Part shown: positions 26,401 through 41,400 of the stretch, piece by piece
Numbering within the stretch: the stretch's first letter is position 1
Layout of the letters: every line of letters begins with the position of its first letter
Origin: Euprymna scolopes
Lineage: Eukaryota
DNA length: 64,000 nucleotides
Reading direction: 5' to 3' (one strand)
Assembly: GCA_053919585.1 (NCBI GenBank)
Contig: CM132792.1
Made by a program: the position numbers and the translations under genes
Notes under the pieces: model-generated
Databases searched by the model: none
The model's input: the letters and a program-made list of their open reading frames with translations, nothing else
What the model was told of the DNA's origin: nothing

Positions 26401-29400
26401 AGTTGACTAGTGTACAGAAATTGTTGCAGACCATCGACTAGTAAAATAGTGTACAAATAATGTTGCAGACCATCGACTAGTAAACTAGTGTACAAATAAT
26501 GTTGCAGACCATCGACTAGATGACTAGTGTACAAAGAATGTTGCAGACAATCTACTAGTTGACTAGTGTACAAATAATGTTGCAGACCATCGACTAGTTG
26601 ACTAGTGTACAAATAATGTTGCAGACCATCGACTAGTTAACTAGTGTACAAATAATGTTGCCGACCATCGACTAGTTAACTAGTGTACAAATAATGTTGC
26701 AAACCATCGACTAGTTGACTAGTGTACAAATAATGTTGCAGACACTCGACTAGTTGACTGGTGTACAAATAATGTTGCAAACCATCGACTAGTTGACTGG
26801 TGTACAAATAATGTTGCAGACTATCGACTAGTTGACTAGTGTACAAATAATGTTGCAGATCATCGACTAGTTGACTAGTGTACAAAAAATGTTGCAGACC
26901 ATCGACTAGTCAACTAGTGTACAAATAATGTTGCAGACCATCGACTAGTTGACTAGTGTACAAATAATGTTGCAGACCATCGACTAGTTAACTAGTGTAC
27001 AAATAATGTTGCAGACCATCGACTAGTTGACTAGTGTACAAATAATGTTGCAGACCATCCACTAGTTGACTAGTGTACAGAAATTGTTGCAGACCATCGA
27101 CTGGTAAAATAGTGTACAAATAATGTTGCAGACCATCGACTAGTAAACTAGTGTACAAATAATGTTGCAGACCATCGACTAGATGACTAGTGTACAAATA
27201 ATGTTGCAGACAATCGACTAGTTAACTTGTGTACAAATAATGTTGCATACCATCGACTAGTTGACTAGTGTACAAATAATGTTGCAGACCATCGACTAGT
27301 TGACTAGTGTACAAATAATGTTGCAGACCATCGACTAGTTAACTAGTGTACAAATAATGTTGCCGACCATCGACTATTTAACTAGTGTACAATGTTGCAA
27401 ACCATCGACTAGTTGACTAGTGTACAAATAATGTTGCAGACACTCGACTAGTTGACTGGTGTACAAATAATGTTGCAGACCATCGACTAGTTGACTGGTG
27501 TACAAATAATGTTGCAGACTATCGACTAGTTGACTAGTGTACAAATAATGTTGCAGACCATCGACTAGTTGACTAGTGTACAAATAATGTTGCAGACCAT
27601 CGACTAGTTAACTAGTGTACAAATAATGTTGCAGACCATCGACTAGTTGACTAGTGTACAAATAATGTTGCAGACCATCGACTAGTAAACTAGTGTACAA
27701 ACAATGTTGCAGACCATCGACTAGTTGACTAGTGTACAGAAATTGTTGCAGACCATCGACTAGTTGACAAGTGTACAGAAATTGTTGCAGACCATCGACT
27801 AGTTGACAAGTGTACAGAAATTGTTGAAGACCATCGACTAGTTGACTAGTGTACAAATAATGTTGCAGACCATCGATAGTTAACTAGTGTACAAATAATG
27901 TTGCAAACCATCGACTAGTTGACTAGTGTACAAATAATGTTGCAGACACTCGACTAGTTGACTAGTGTACAAATAATGTTGCAGACCATCGACTAGTTGA
28001 CTAGTGTACAAATAATGTTGCAGACAATCGACTAGTTTACTAGTGTGCAGAAATTGTTGCAGACCATCGACTAGTTGACTAGTGTACAGAAATTGTTGCA
28101 GACCATCGACTAGTTGACTAGTGTACAAATAATGTTGCAGACCATCGACTAGTTGACTAGTGTACAAATAATGTTGCAGACCATCAATAGTTAACTAGTG
28201 TACAAATAATGTTGCAGACCATCGACTAGTTAACTAGTGTACAAGTAATGTTGCAGACCATCGACTAGTTGACTAGTGTACAGAAATTGTTGCAGACCAT
28301 CGACTAGTTGACTAGTGTATAAATAATGTTGCAGACCATCGACTAGTTGACTACTGTGCAAATAATGTTGCAGACCATCGACTAGTTGACTAGTGTACAG
28401 AAATTGTTGCAGGCCATTGACTAGTTGACTAGTGTACAAATAATGTTGCAGACCATCGACTAGTTGACTAGTGTACAAATAATGTTGCAGACCATCGACT
28501 AGTTGACTAGTGTACAAATAATGTTGCAGACCATCGACTAGTAAACTAGTGTACAAATAATGTTGCAGACCATCGACTAGTTGACTAGTGTACAAATAAT
28601 GTTGCAGACCATCAACTAGTTGACTAGTGTACAGAAATTGTTGCAGACCATCGACTAGTTGACTAGTGTACAAATAATGTTGCAGACCATCGACTAGTAA
28701 ACTAGTGTACAAATAATGTTGCAGACCATCGACTAGTTAACTAGTGTACAAATAATGTTGCAGACCATCGACTAGTTAACTAGTGTACAAATAATGTTGC
28801 AGACCATCGACTAGTTTACTAGTGTACAGAAATTGTTACAGACCATCGACTAGTTGACTAGTGTATAAATAATGTTGCAGACCATCGACTAGTTGACTAG
28901 TGTGCAAACAATGTTGCAGACCATTCACTAGTTGACTAGTGTACAAATAATGTTGCAGACCATCGACTTGTTAACTAGTGTACAAATAATGTTGCAGACT
29001 ATCGACTAGTTAACTAGTGTACAAATAATGTTGCAGACCATCGATAGTTAACTAGTGTACAAATAATGTTGCAGACCATCGACTAGTTAACTAGTGAACA
29101 AATAATGTTGCAGACCATCGACTAGTTTACTAGTGTACAAATAATGTTGCAGACCATCCACGAGTTAACTAGTGTACATATAATGTTGCAGACTATCGAC
29201 TAGTTACCTAGTGTACAAATAATGTTGCAAACCATCGACTAGTTACCTAGTGTACAAATAATGTTGCAGACACTCGACTATTTACTACTGTACAAACAAT
29301 GTTGCAGACAATCGACTAGTTGACTAGTGTACAAATAATGTTGCAGACCATCGACTAGTTAACTAGTGTACAAATAATGTTGCAAACCATCGACTAGTTG

Positions 29401-32400
29401 ACTAGTGTACAAATAATGTTGCAGACTATCGACTAGTTAACTAGTGTACAAATAATGTTGCAGACACTCGACTAGTTGACTAGTGTACAAATAATGTTGC
29501 AGACCATCGAGTAGTTGACTAGTGTACAAATAATGTTGCAGACCATCGACTAGTTGACTAGTGTACAAATAATGTTACAGACCATCGACTAGTTGACTAG
29601 TGTACAAATAATGTTGCAGACCATCGACTAGTTGACTAGTGTACAGAAATTGTTGCAGACCATCGACTAGTTGACTAGTGTACAAATAATGTTGCAGACC
29701 ATCGACTAGTGTACTAGTGTACAGAAATTGTTGCAGACCGTCGACTAGTTGACTAGTGTACAGAAATTGTTGCAGACAATCGACTAGTTGACTAGTGTAC
29801 AAATAATGTTGCAGACCATCGATAGTTAACTAGTTTACAAATAATCTTGCACACCATCGACTAGTTAACTAGTGTACAAATAATGTTGCAGACCATCGAC
29901 TAGTTGACTAGTGTACAAATAATGTTGCAGACCATCGACTAGTTGACTAGTGTACAAATAATGTTGCAGACCATCGACTAGTTTACTAGTGTACAGAAAT
30001 TGTTGCAGACAATCGACTAGTTGACTAGTGTATAAATAATGTTGCAGACCATCGACTAGTTGACTAGTGTGCAAATAATGTTGCAGACCATCGACTAGTT
30101 GACTAGTGTACAGAAATTGTTGCAGACCATCGACTAGTTGACTAGTGTACAAATAATGTTGCAGACCATCGACTAGTTGACTAGTGTACAAATAATGTTG
30201 CAGACCATCGACTAGTTGACTAGTGTACAAATAATGTTGCAGACCATCGACTAGTTAACTAGTGTACAAATAATGTTGTAGACTATCGACTAGTTGACTA
30301 GTGTACAAATAATGTTGCAGACCATCGACTAGTTTACTAGTGTACAAATAATGTTGCAGACCATCGGCTAGTAAAATAGTGTACAAATAATGTTGCAGAC
30401 CATCGACTAGTAAACTAGTGTACAAATAGTGTTGCAGACCATCGACTAGATGACTAGTGTACAAATAATGTTGCAGACAATCGACTAGTTAACTAGTGTA
30501 CAAATAATGTTGCAGACCATCGACTAGTTTACTAGTGTACAAATAATGTTGCAGACCATCGACTAGTTGACTAGTGTACAAATAATGTTGCAGACCATCG
30601 ACTAGTTGACTAGTGTACAAATAATGTTGCAGACCATCGACTAGTTAACTAGTGTACAAATAATGTTGCAGACCATCGACTAGTTAACTAGTGTACAAAT
30701 AATGTTGCAAACCATCGACTAGTTGACTAGTGTACAAATAATGTTGCAGACACTCGACTAGTTTACTGGTGTACAAATAATGTTGCAGACCATCGACTAG
30801 TTGACTGGTGTACAAATAATGTTGCAGACCATCGACTAGTTGACTGGTGTACAAATAATGTTGTAGACTATCGACTAGTTGACTAGTGTACAAATAATGT
30901 TGCAGACCATCGACTAGTTGACTAGTGTACAAAAAATGTTGCATACCATCGACTAGTTAACTAGTGTACAAATAATGTTGCAGACCATCGACTAGTTGAC
31001 TAGTGTACAAATGTTGCAGACCATCGACTAGTTAACTAGTGTACAAATAATGTTGCAGACTATCGACTAGTTGACTAGTGTACAAATAATGTTGCAGACC
31101 ATCGACTAGTTGACTAGTGCACAGAAATTGTTGCAGACCATCGACTAGTTGACCAGTGCACAGAAATTGTTGCAGACCATCGACTAGTTGACTAGTGTAC
31201 AAAAATTGTTGCAGACCATCGACTAGTTAACTAGTGTACAAATAATGTTGCAGACCATCGACTAGTTGACTAGTGTACAAATAATGTTGCAGACCATCGA
31301 CTAGTTAACTAGTGTACAAATAATGTTGCAGACCATCGACTAGTTGACTAGTGTACAAATAATGTTGCAGACCATCGACTAGTTGACTAGTGTACAAATA
31401 ATGTTGCAGACCATCCACGAGTTAACTACTGTAAAATAATGTTGCAGACCATCGACTAGTTTTTAGTGTACAAATAATGTTGCAAACCATCGACTAGTTG
31501 ACTAGTGTACAAATAATATTGCAGACCATCGACTAGTTGACTAGTGTACAAATAATGTTGCAGACCATCGACTAGTTGACTAGTGTACAAATAATGTTTC
31601 AGACCATCGACTAGTTGACTAGTGTACAAATAATGTTGCAGACCATCGACTAGTTGACTAGTGTACAAATAATGTTGCAGACCATCGACTAGTTGACTAG
31701 TGTACAGAAATTGTTGCAGACAATCGACTAGTTGACTAGTGTATAAATAATGTTGCAGACCATCGACTAGTTGACTAGTGTGCAAATAATGTTGCAGACC
31801 ATCGACTAGTTGACTAGTGTACAGAAATTGTTGCAGACCATCGATTCGTTGACTAGTGTACAAATAATGTTGCAGACTATCGACTAGTTAACTAGTGTAC
31901 AAATAATGTTGCAGACTATCGACTAGTTGACTAGTGTACAAATAATGTTGCAGACCATCGACTAGTTGACTAGTGTACAGAAATTGTTGCAGACCATCGA
32001 CTAGTAAAATAGTGTACAAATAATGTTGCAGACCATCGACTAGTAAACTAGTGTACAAATAATGTTGCAGACCATCGACTAGATGACTAGTGTACAAATA
32101 ATGTTGCAGACAATCGACTAGTTAACTTGTGTACAAATAATGTTGCAGACCATCGACTAGTTGACTAGTGTACAAATAATGTTGCAGACCATCGACTAGT
32201 TAACTAGTGTACAAATATTGTTGCCGACCATCGACTATTTAACTAGTGTACAAATAATGTTGCAAACCATCGACTAGTTGACTAGTGTACAAATAATGTT
32301 GCAGACACTCGACTAGTTGACTGGTGTACAAATAATGTTGCAGACCATCGAGTAGTTGACTGGTGTACAAATAATGTTGCAGACTATCGACTAGTTGACT

Positions 32401-35400
32401 AGTGTACAAATAATGTTGCAGACCATCGACTAGTTTACTAGTGTACAAAAAATGTTGCATACGATCGACTAGTTGACTAGTGTACAAATAATGTTGCAGA
32501 CCATCGACTAGTTGACTAGTGTACAAATAATGTTGCAGACCATCGACTAGTTAACTAGTGTACAAATAATGTTGCAGACCATCGACTAGGTGACTAGTGT
32601 ACAAATAATGTTGCAGACCATCCACGTGTTAACTAGTGTACAAATAATGTTGCAGACCATCGACTAGTTAACTAGTGTACAAATAATGTTGCAAACCATC
32701 GACTAGTTGACTAGTGTACAAATAATGTTGCAGACACTCGACTAGTTGACTAGTGTACAAATAATGTTGCAGACCATCGACTAGTTGACTAGTGTACAAA
32801 TAATGTTGCAGACCATCGACTAGTTGACTAGTGTACAGAAATTGTTGCAGACCATCGACTAGTTGACTAGTGCACAGAAATTGTTGCAGACCATCGACTA
32901 GGTGACTAGTGTACAAAAATTGTTGCAGACCATCGACTAGTTAACTAGTGTACAAATAATGTTGCAGACCATCGATAGTTAACTAGTGTACAAATAATGT
33001 TGCAGACCATCGACTAGTTGACTAGTGTACAAATAATGTTGCAGACCATCGACTAGTTGACTAGTGTACAAATAATGTTGCAGACCATCGACTAGTTTTT
33101 AGTGTACAAATAATGTTGCAAACCATCGACTAGTTGACTAGTGTACAAATAATGTTGCAGACCATCGACTAGTTTACTAGTGTACAAATAATGTTGCAGA
33201 CCATCGACTAGTTGACTAGTGTACAAATAATGTTGCAGACCATCGACTAGTTGACTAGTGTACAGAAATTGTTGCAGACCATCGACTAGTTGACTAGTGT
33301 ACAGAAATTGTTGCAGACCATCGACTAGTTGACTAGTGTACAAATAATGTTGCAGACCATCGATAGTTAACTAGTTTACAAATAATGTTGCACACCATCG
33401 ACTAGTTAACTAGTGTACAAATAATGTTGCAGACCATCGACTAGTTGACTAGTGTACAAATAATGTTGCAGACCATCGACTAGTTGACTAGTGTACAAAT
33501 AATGTTGCAGACCATCGACTAGTTTACTAGTGTACAGAAATTGTTGCAGACAATCGACTAGTTGACTAGTGTATAAATAATGTTGCAGACCATCGACTAG
33601 TTGACTAGTGTGCAAATAATGTTGCAGACCATCGACTAGTTGACTTGTGTACAGAAATTGTTGCAGACCATCGACTAGTTAACTAGTGTACAAATAATGT
33701 TGCAGACTATCGACTAGTTGACTAGTGTACAAATAATTTTGCAGACTATCGACTAGTTGACTAGTGTACAAATAATGTTGCAGACCATCGACTTGTTGAC
33801 TAGTGTACAGAAATTGTTGCAGACCATCGACTAGTAAAATAGTGTACAAATAATGTTGCAGACCATCGACTAGTAAACTAGTGTACAAATAATGTTGCAG
33901 ACCATCGACTAGATGACTAGTGTACAAATAATGTTGCAGACAATCGACTAGTAAACTTGTGTACAAACAATGTTGCAGACCATCGACTAGTTGACTAGTG
34001 TACAAATAATTTTGCAGACCATCGACTAGTTGACTAGTGTACAAATAATGTTGCCGACCATCGACTAGTTAACTAGTGTACAAATAATGTTGCTAACCAT
34101 CGACTAGTTGACTAGTGTACAAATAATGTTGCAGACACTCGACTAGTTGACTGGTGTACAAATAATGTTGCAGACCATCGACTAGTTGACTGGTGTACAA
34201 ATAATTTTGCAGACTATCGACTAGTTGACTAGTGTACAAATAATGTTGCAGACCATCCACGAGTTAACTACTGTACAAATAATGTTGCAGACCATCGACT
34301 AGTTTTTAGTGGACAAATAATCTTGCAAACCATCGACTAGTTGACTAGTGTACAAATAATGTTGCAGACACTCGACTAGTTGACTAGTGTACAAATAATG
34401 TTGCAGACCATCGACTAGTTGACTAATGTACAGAAATTGTTGCAGACCATCGACTAGTTGACTAGTGTACAGAAATTGTTGCAGACCCTCGACTAGTTGA
34501 CTAGTGTACAAATAATGTTGCAGACCATCGATAGTTAACTAGTGTACAAACAATGTTGCACACCATCGACTAGTTGACTAGTGTACAAATAATGTTGCAG
34601 ACCATCGACTAGTTGACTAGTGTACAAATAATGTTGCAAACCATCGACTAGTTGACTAGTGTACAAGTAATGTTGCAGACCATCGACTAGTTGACTAGTG
34701 TACAGAAATTGTTGCAGACCATCGACTAGTTGACTAGTGTATAAATAATGTTGCAGACCATCGACTAGTTGACTAGTGTGCAAATAATGTTGCAGACCAT
34801 CGACTAGTTGACTAGTGTACAGAAATTGTTGCAGACCATCGACTAGTTGACTAGTGTGCAAATAATGTTGGAGACCATTCACTAGTTGACTAGTGTACAA
34901 ATAATGTTGCAGACCATCGACTTGTTAACTAGTGTACAAATAATGTTGCAGACTATCGACTAGTTAACTAGTGTACAAATAATGTTGCAGACACTCGACT
35001 AGTTGACTAGTGTACAAATAATGTTGCAGACCATCGACTTGTTGACTAGTGTACAAATAATGTTGCAGACCATCGACTAGTAAACTAGTGTACAAATAAT
35101 GTTGCAAACCATCGACTAGTCAACTAGTGTACAAATAATGTTGCAGACCATCGATAGTTAACAAGTGCACAAATAATGTTGCAGACCATCGACTAGTTGA
35201 CTAGTGTACAAATAATGTTGCAGACACTCGACTAGTTGACTAGTGTACAAATAATGTTGCAGACCATCGACTAGTTGACTACTGTACAAATAATGTTGCA
35301 GACACTCGACTAGTTGACTAGTGTACAGAAATTGTTGCAGACCATCGACTAGGTGACTAGTGTACAGAAATTTTTGCAGACCATCGACTAGTTGACTAGT

Positions 35401-38400
35401 GTATAGAAATTGTTGCAGACCATCGACTAGTTGACTAGTGTACAAATAATGTTGCAGACCATCGATAGTTAACTAGTGTACAAATAATGTTGCAGACCAT
35501 CGACTAGTTAACTAGTGAACAAATAATGTTGGAGACCATCGACTAGTTGACTAGTGTACAAATAATGTTGCAGACCATCCACGAGTTAACTAGTGTACAA
35601 ATAATGTTGCAGACTATCGACTAGTTAACTAGTGTACAAATAATGTTGCAAACCATCGACTAGTTGACTAGTGTACAAATAATGTTGCAGACCATCGACT
35701 AGTTGACTAGTGTACAAATAATGTTGCAGACACTCGACTATTGACTAGTGTACAAATAATGTTGCAGACCATCGACTAGTTGACTAGTGTACAAATAATG
35801 TTACAGACCATCGACTAGTAAACTAGTGTACAAATAATGTTGCAAACCATCGACTAGTTGACTAGTGTACAAATAATGTTGCAGACTATCGACTAGTTAA
35901 CTAGTGTACAAATAATGTTGCAGACCATCGAGTAGTTGACTAGTGTACAAATAATGTTGCAGACCATCGACTAGTTGACTAGTGTACAAATAATGTTACA
36001 GACCATCGACTAGTTGACTAGTGTACAAATAATGTTGCAGACCATCCACTAGCTTACTAGTGTACAAATAATGTTGCAGACCATCGACTAGTTTACTAGT
36101 GTACAAATAATTTTGCAGACCATCGACTAGTTGACTAGTGTACAAATAATGTTGCAGACCATCGACTAGTCAACTCGTGTACAAATAATGTTGCAGACCA
36201 TCGACTAGTCAACTCGTGTACAAATAATGTTGAAGACCATCGACTTGTCAACTAGTGTACAAATAATGTTGCAGACCATCGACTAGTCAACTAGTGTACA
36301 AATACTGTTGCAGACAATCGACTAGTAAACTAGTGTACAAATAATGTTGCAGACAATCGACTAGTCAACTAGTGTACAAATAATGTTGCAGACCATCGAT
36401 AGTTAACTAGTGCACAAATAATGTTGCAGACCATCGACTAGTTGACTAGTGTACAAATAATGTTGCAGACACTCGACTAGTTGACTAGTGTACAAATATA
36501 GTTGCAGACCATCGACTAGTTGACTAGTGTACAAATAATGTTGCAGACCATCGACCTGTTTACTAGTGTACAGAAATTGTTGCAGACCATCGACTAGTTG
36601 ACTAGTGTACAGAAATTGTTACAGACCATCGACTAGTTGACTAGTGTACAAATAATGTTGCAGACCATCGATAGTTAACTAGTGTACAAATAATGTTGCA
36701 GACCATCGACTAATTGAATAGTGTACAAATAATGTTGCAGACCATCGACTAGTTTACTAGTGTACAAATAATGTTGCAGACCATCGACTAGTTGACTAGG
36801 GTACAAATGATGTTGCAGACCATCGACTAGTTAACTAGTGTACAAATAATGTTGCAGACCATCGACTAGTTGACTAGTGTACAAATAATGTTGCAGACCA
36901 TCGACTAGTTAACTAGTGTACAAATAATGTTGCAGACCATCGACTAGTTGACTAGTGTACAAATAATGTTGCAGACCATCGACTAGTTGACTAGTGTACA
37001 AATAATGTTGCAGACCATCGACTAGTTGACTAGTGTACAAATAATGTTGCAGACCATCGACTAGTTAACTAGTGTACAAATAATGTTGCAGACCATCGAC
37101 TAGTTGACTAGTGTACAAATAATGTTGCAGACCATCGACTAGTTGACTAGTGTACAAATAATGTTGCAGACCATCGACTAGTTGACTATGTGTACAAATA
37201 ATGTTGCAGACCATCGACTAGTTAACTAGTGTACAAATAATGTTGCAGACCATCGACTAGTTGACTAGGGTACAAATAATGTTGCAGACACTCGACTAGT
37301 TGACTAGTGTACAGAAATTGTTGCAGACCATCGACTACTTGACTAGTGTACAAATAATGTTGCAGACCATCGACTAGTTAACTAGTGTACAAATAATGTT
37401 GCAGACCATCAACTAGTTTACTAGTGTACAGAAATTGTTACAGACCATTTACTAGTTGACTAGTGTACAAATAATGTTGCAGACACTCGACTAGTTGACT
37501 AGTGTACAAATAATGTTGCAGACCGTCGAGTAGTTGACTAGTGTACAAATAATGTTGCAGACCATCGACTAGTTTACTAGTGTACAAATAAAGTTGCAGA
37601 CCATTCACTAGTTGACTAGTGTACAAATAATGTTGCAGACCATCGACTTGTTAACTAGTGTACAAATAATGTTGCAGACTATCGACTAGTTAACTAGTGT
37701 ACAAATAATGTTGCAGACACTCGACTAGTTGACTAGTGTACAAATAATGTTGCAGACCATCGACTAGTTGACTAGTGTACAAATAATGTTGCAGACCATC
37801 GACTAGTTGACTAGTGTACAAATAATGTTGCAGACCATCGACTAGTTTACTAGTGAACAAATAATGTTGCAGACCATCGACTAGTTGAATAGTGTACAGA
37901 AATTGTTGCAGACCATCGACTAGTTGACTAGTATACAAAAAATGTTGCAGACCATCGACTAGTTGACTAGTGTACAAATAATGTTGCAGACCATCGACTA
38001 GTTGACTAGTGTACAAATAATGTTGCAGACCATCGACTAGTTGACTAGTGTACAGAAATTGTTGAAGACCATCGACTAGTTGACTAGTGTACAAATAATG
38101 TTGCAGACCATCGACTACTTAACTAGTGTACAACTAATATTGCAGACCATCCACTAGTTGACTAGTGTACAAATAATGTTGCAGACCATCCACTAGCTGA
38201 CTAGTGTACCAATAATGTTCAGACCATCGACTAGTTGACTAGTGTACAAATAATTTTGCAGACCATCGACTAGTTGACTAGTGTACAAATAATGTTGCAG
38301 ACCATCGACTAGACAACTAGTGTGCAAATAATGTTGCAGACCATCGACTAGTCAACTAGTGTACAAATAATGTTGCAGACCATCGACTAGTCAACTAGTG

Positions 38401-41400
38401 TACAAATAATGTTGCAGACCATCGACTAGTAAACTAGTGTACAAATAATGTTGCAGACCATCGACTAGTCAACTAGTGTACAAATAATGTTGCAGACCAT
38501 CGACTTGTCAACTAGTGTACAAATAATGTTGCAGACCATCGACCTGTTGACTAGTGTACAGAAATTGTTGCAGACCATCGACTAGTTGACTAGTGTACAG
38601 AAATTGCTGCAGACTATCGACTAGTTGACTAGTGTACAAATAATGTTGCAGACCATCGATAGTTAACTAGTGTACAAATAATGATGCAGACCATCGACTA
38701 GTTGACTAGTGTACAAATAATGTTGCATACCATCGACTAGTTTACTAGTGTACAAATAATGTTGCAGACCATCGACTAGTTGACTAGGGTACAAATAATG
38801 TTGCAGACCATCGACTAGTTAACTAGTGTACAAATAATGTTGCAGACCGTTGACTAGTGTACAAATAATGTTGCAGACCATCGACTAGTTAACTAGTGTA
38901 CAAATAATGTTGCAGACCATCGCCTAGTTGACTAGTGTACAAATAATGTTGCAGACCATCGACTAGTTGACTAGTGTACAAATAATGTTGCAGACCATCG
39001 ACTAGTTGACTAGTGTACAAATAATGTTGCAGACCATCGACTAGTTAACTAGTGTACAAATAATGTTGCAGACCATCGACTAGTTGACTAGTGTACAAAT
39101 AATGTTGCAGACCATCGACTAGTTGACTAGTGTACAAATAATGTTGCAGACACTCGACTAGTTGACTAGTGTACAAATAATGTTGCAGACCATCGACTAG
39201 TTGACTAGTGTACAAATAATGTTGCAGACCATCGACTAGTTGACTAGTGTGCAGAAATTGTTGCAGACCATCGACTAGTTGACTAGTGTACAAAAATTGT
39301 TGCAGACCATCGACTAGTTGACTAGTGTACAAATAATGTTGCAGACCATCGATAGTTAACTAGTGTACAAATAATGTTGCAGACCATCGACTAGTTAACT
39401 AGTGTACAAGTAATGTTGCAGACCATCGACTAGTTGACTAGTGTACAAATAATGTTGCAGACCATCGACTAGTTAACTAGTGTACAAATAATGTTGCAGA
39501 CCATCCACGAGTTAACTACTGTACAAATAATGTTGCAGACCATCGACTAGTTTTTAGTGGACAAATAATCTTGCAAACCATCGACTAGTTGACTAGTGTA
39601 CAAATAATGTTGCAGACACTCGACTAGTTGACTAGTGTACAAATAATGTTGCAGACCATCGACTAGTTGACTAATGTACAGAAATTGTTGCAGACCATCG
39701 ACTAGTTGACTAGTGTACAGAAATTGTTGCAGACCCTCGACTAGTTGACTAGTGTACAAATAATGTTGCAGACCATCGATAGTTAACTAGTGTACAAACA
39801 ATGTTGCACACCATCGACTAGTTGACTAGTGTACAAATAATGTTGCAGACCATCGACTAGTTGACTAGTGTACAAATAATGTTGCAAACCATCGACTAGT
39901 TGACTAGTGTACAAGTAATGTTGCAGACCATCGACTAGTTGACTAGTGTACAGAAATTGTTGCAGACCATCGACTAGTTGACTAGTGTATAAATAATGTT
40001 GCAGACCATCGACTAGTTGACTAGTGTGCAAATAATGTTGCAGACCATCGACTAGTTGACTAGTGTACAGAAATTGTTGCAGACCATCGACTAGTTGACT
40101 CGTGTGCAAATAATGTTGGAGACCATTCACTAGTTGACTAGTGTACAAATAATGTTGCAGACCATCGACTTGTTAACTAGTGTACAAATAATGTTGCAGA
40201 CTATCGACTAGTTAACTAGTGTACAAATAATGTTGCAGACACTCGACTAGTTGACTAGTGTACAAATAATGTTGCAGACCATCGACTTGTTGACTAGTGT
40301 ACAAATAATGTTGCAGACCATCGACTAGTAAACTAGTGTACAAATAATGTTGCAAACCATCGACTAGTCAACTAGTGTACAAATAATGTTGCAGACCATC
40401 GATAGTTAACTAGTGCACAAATAATGTTGCAGACCATCGACTAGTTGACTAGTGTACAAATAATGTTGCAGACACTCGACTAGTTGACTAGTGTACAAAT
40501 AATGTTTCAGACCATCGACTAGTTGACTACTGTACAAATAATGTTGCAGACACTCGACTAGTTGACTAGTGTACAGAAATTGTTGCAGACCATCGACTAG
40601 GTGACTAGTGTACAGAAATTTTTGCAGACCATCGACTAGTTGACTAGTGTATAGAAATTGTTGCAGACCATCGACTAGTTGACTAGTGTACAAATAATGT
40701 TGCAGACCATCGATAGTTAACTAGTGTACAAATAATGTTGCAGACCATCGACTAGTTAACTAGTGAACAAATAATGTTGGAGACCATCGACTAGTTGACT
40801 AGTGTACAAATAATGTTGCAGACCATCCACGAGTTAACTAGTTTACAAATAATGTTGCAGACTATCGACTAGTTAACTAGTGTACAAATAATGTTGCAAA
40901 CCATCGACTAGTTGACTAGTGTACAAATAATGTTGCAGACCATCGACTAGTTGACTAGTGTACAAATAATGTTGCAGACACTCGACTATTGACTAGTGTA
41001 CAAATAATGTTGCAGACCATCGACTAGTTGACTAGTGTACAAATAATGTTACAGACCATCGACTTGTAAACTAGTGTACAAATAATGTTGCAAACCATCG
41101 ACTAGTTGACTAGTGTACAAATAATGTTGCAGACTATCGACTAGTTAACTAGTGTACAAATAATGTTGCAGACCATCGACTAGTTGACTAGTGTACAAAT
41201 AATGTTGCAGACCATCGACTAGTTGACTAGTGTACAAATAATGTTACAGACCATCGACTAGTTGACTAGTGTACAAATAATGTTGCAGACCATCCACTAG
41301 CTTACTAGTGTACAAATAATGTTGCAGACCATCGACTAGTTTACTAGTGTACAAATAATTTTGCAGACCATCGACTAGTTGACTAGTGTACAAATAATGT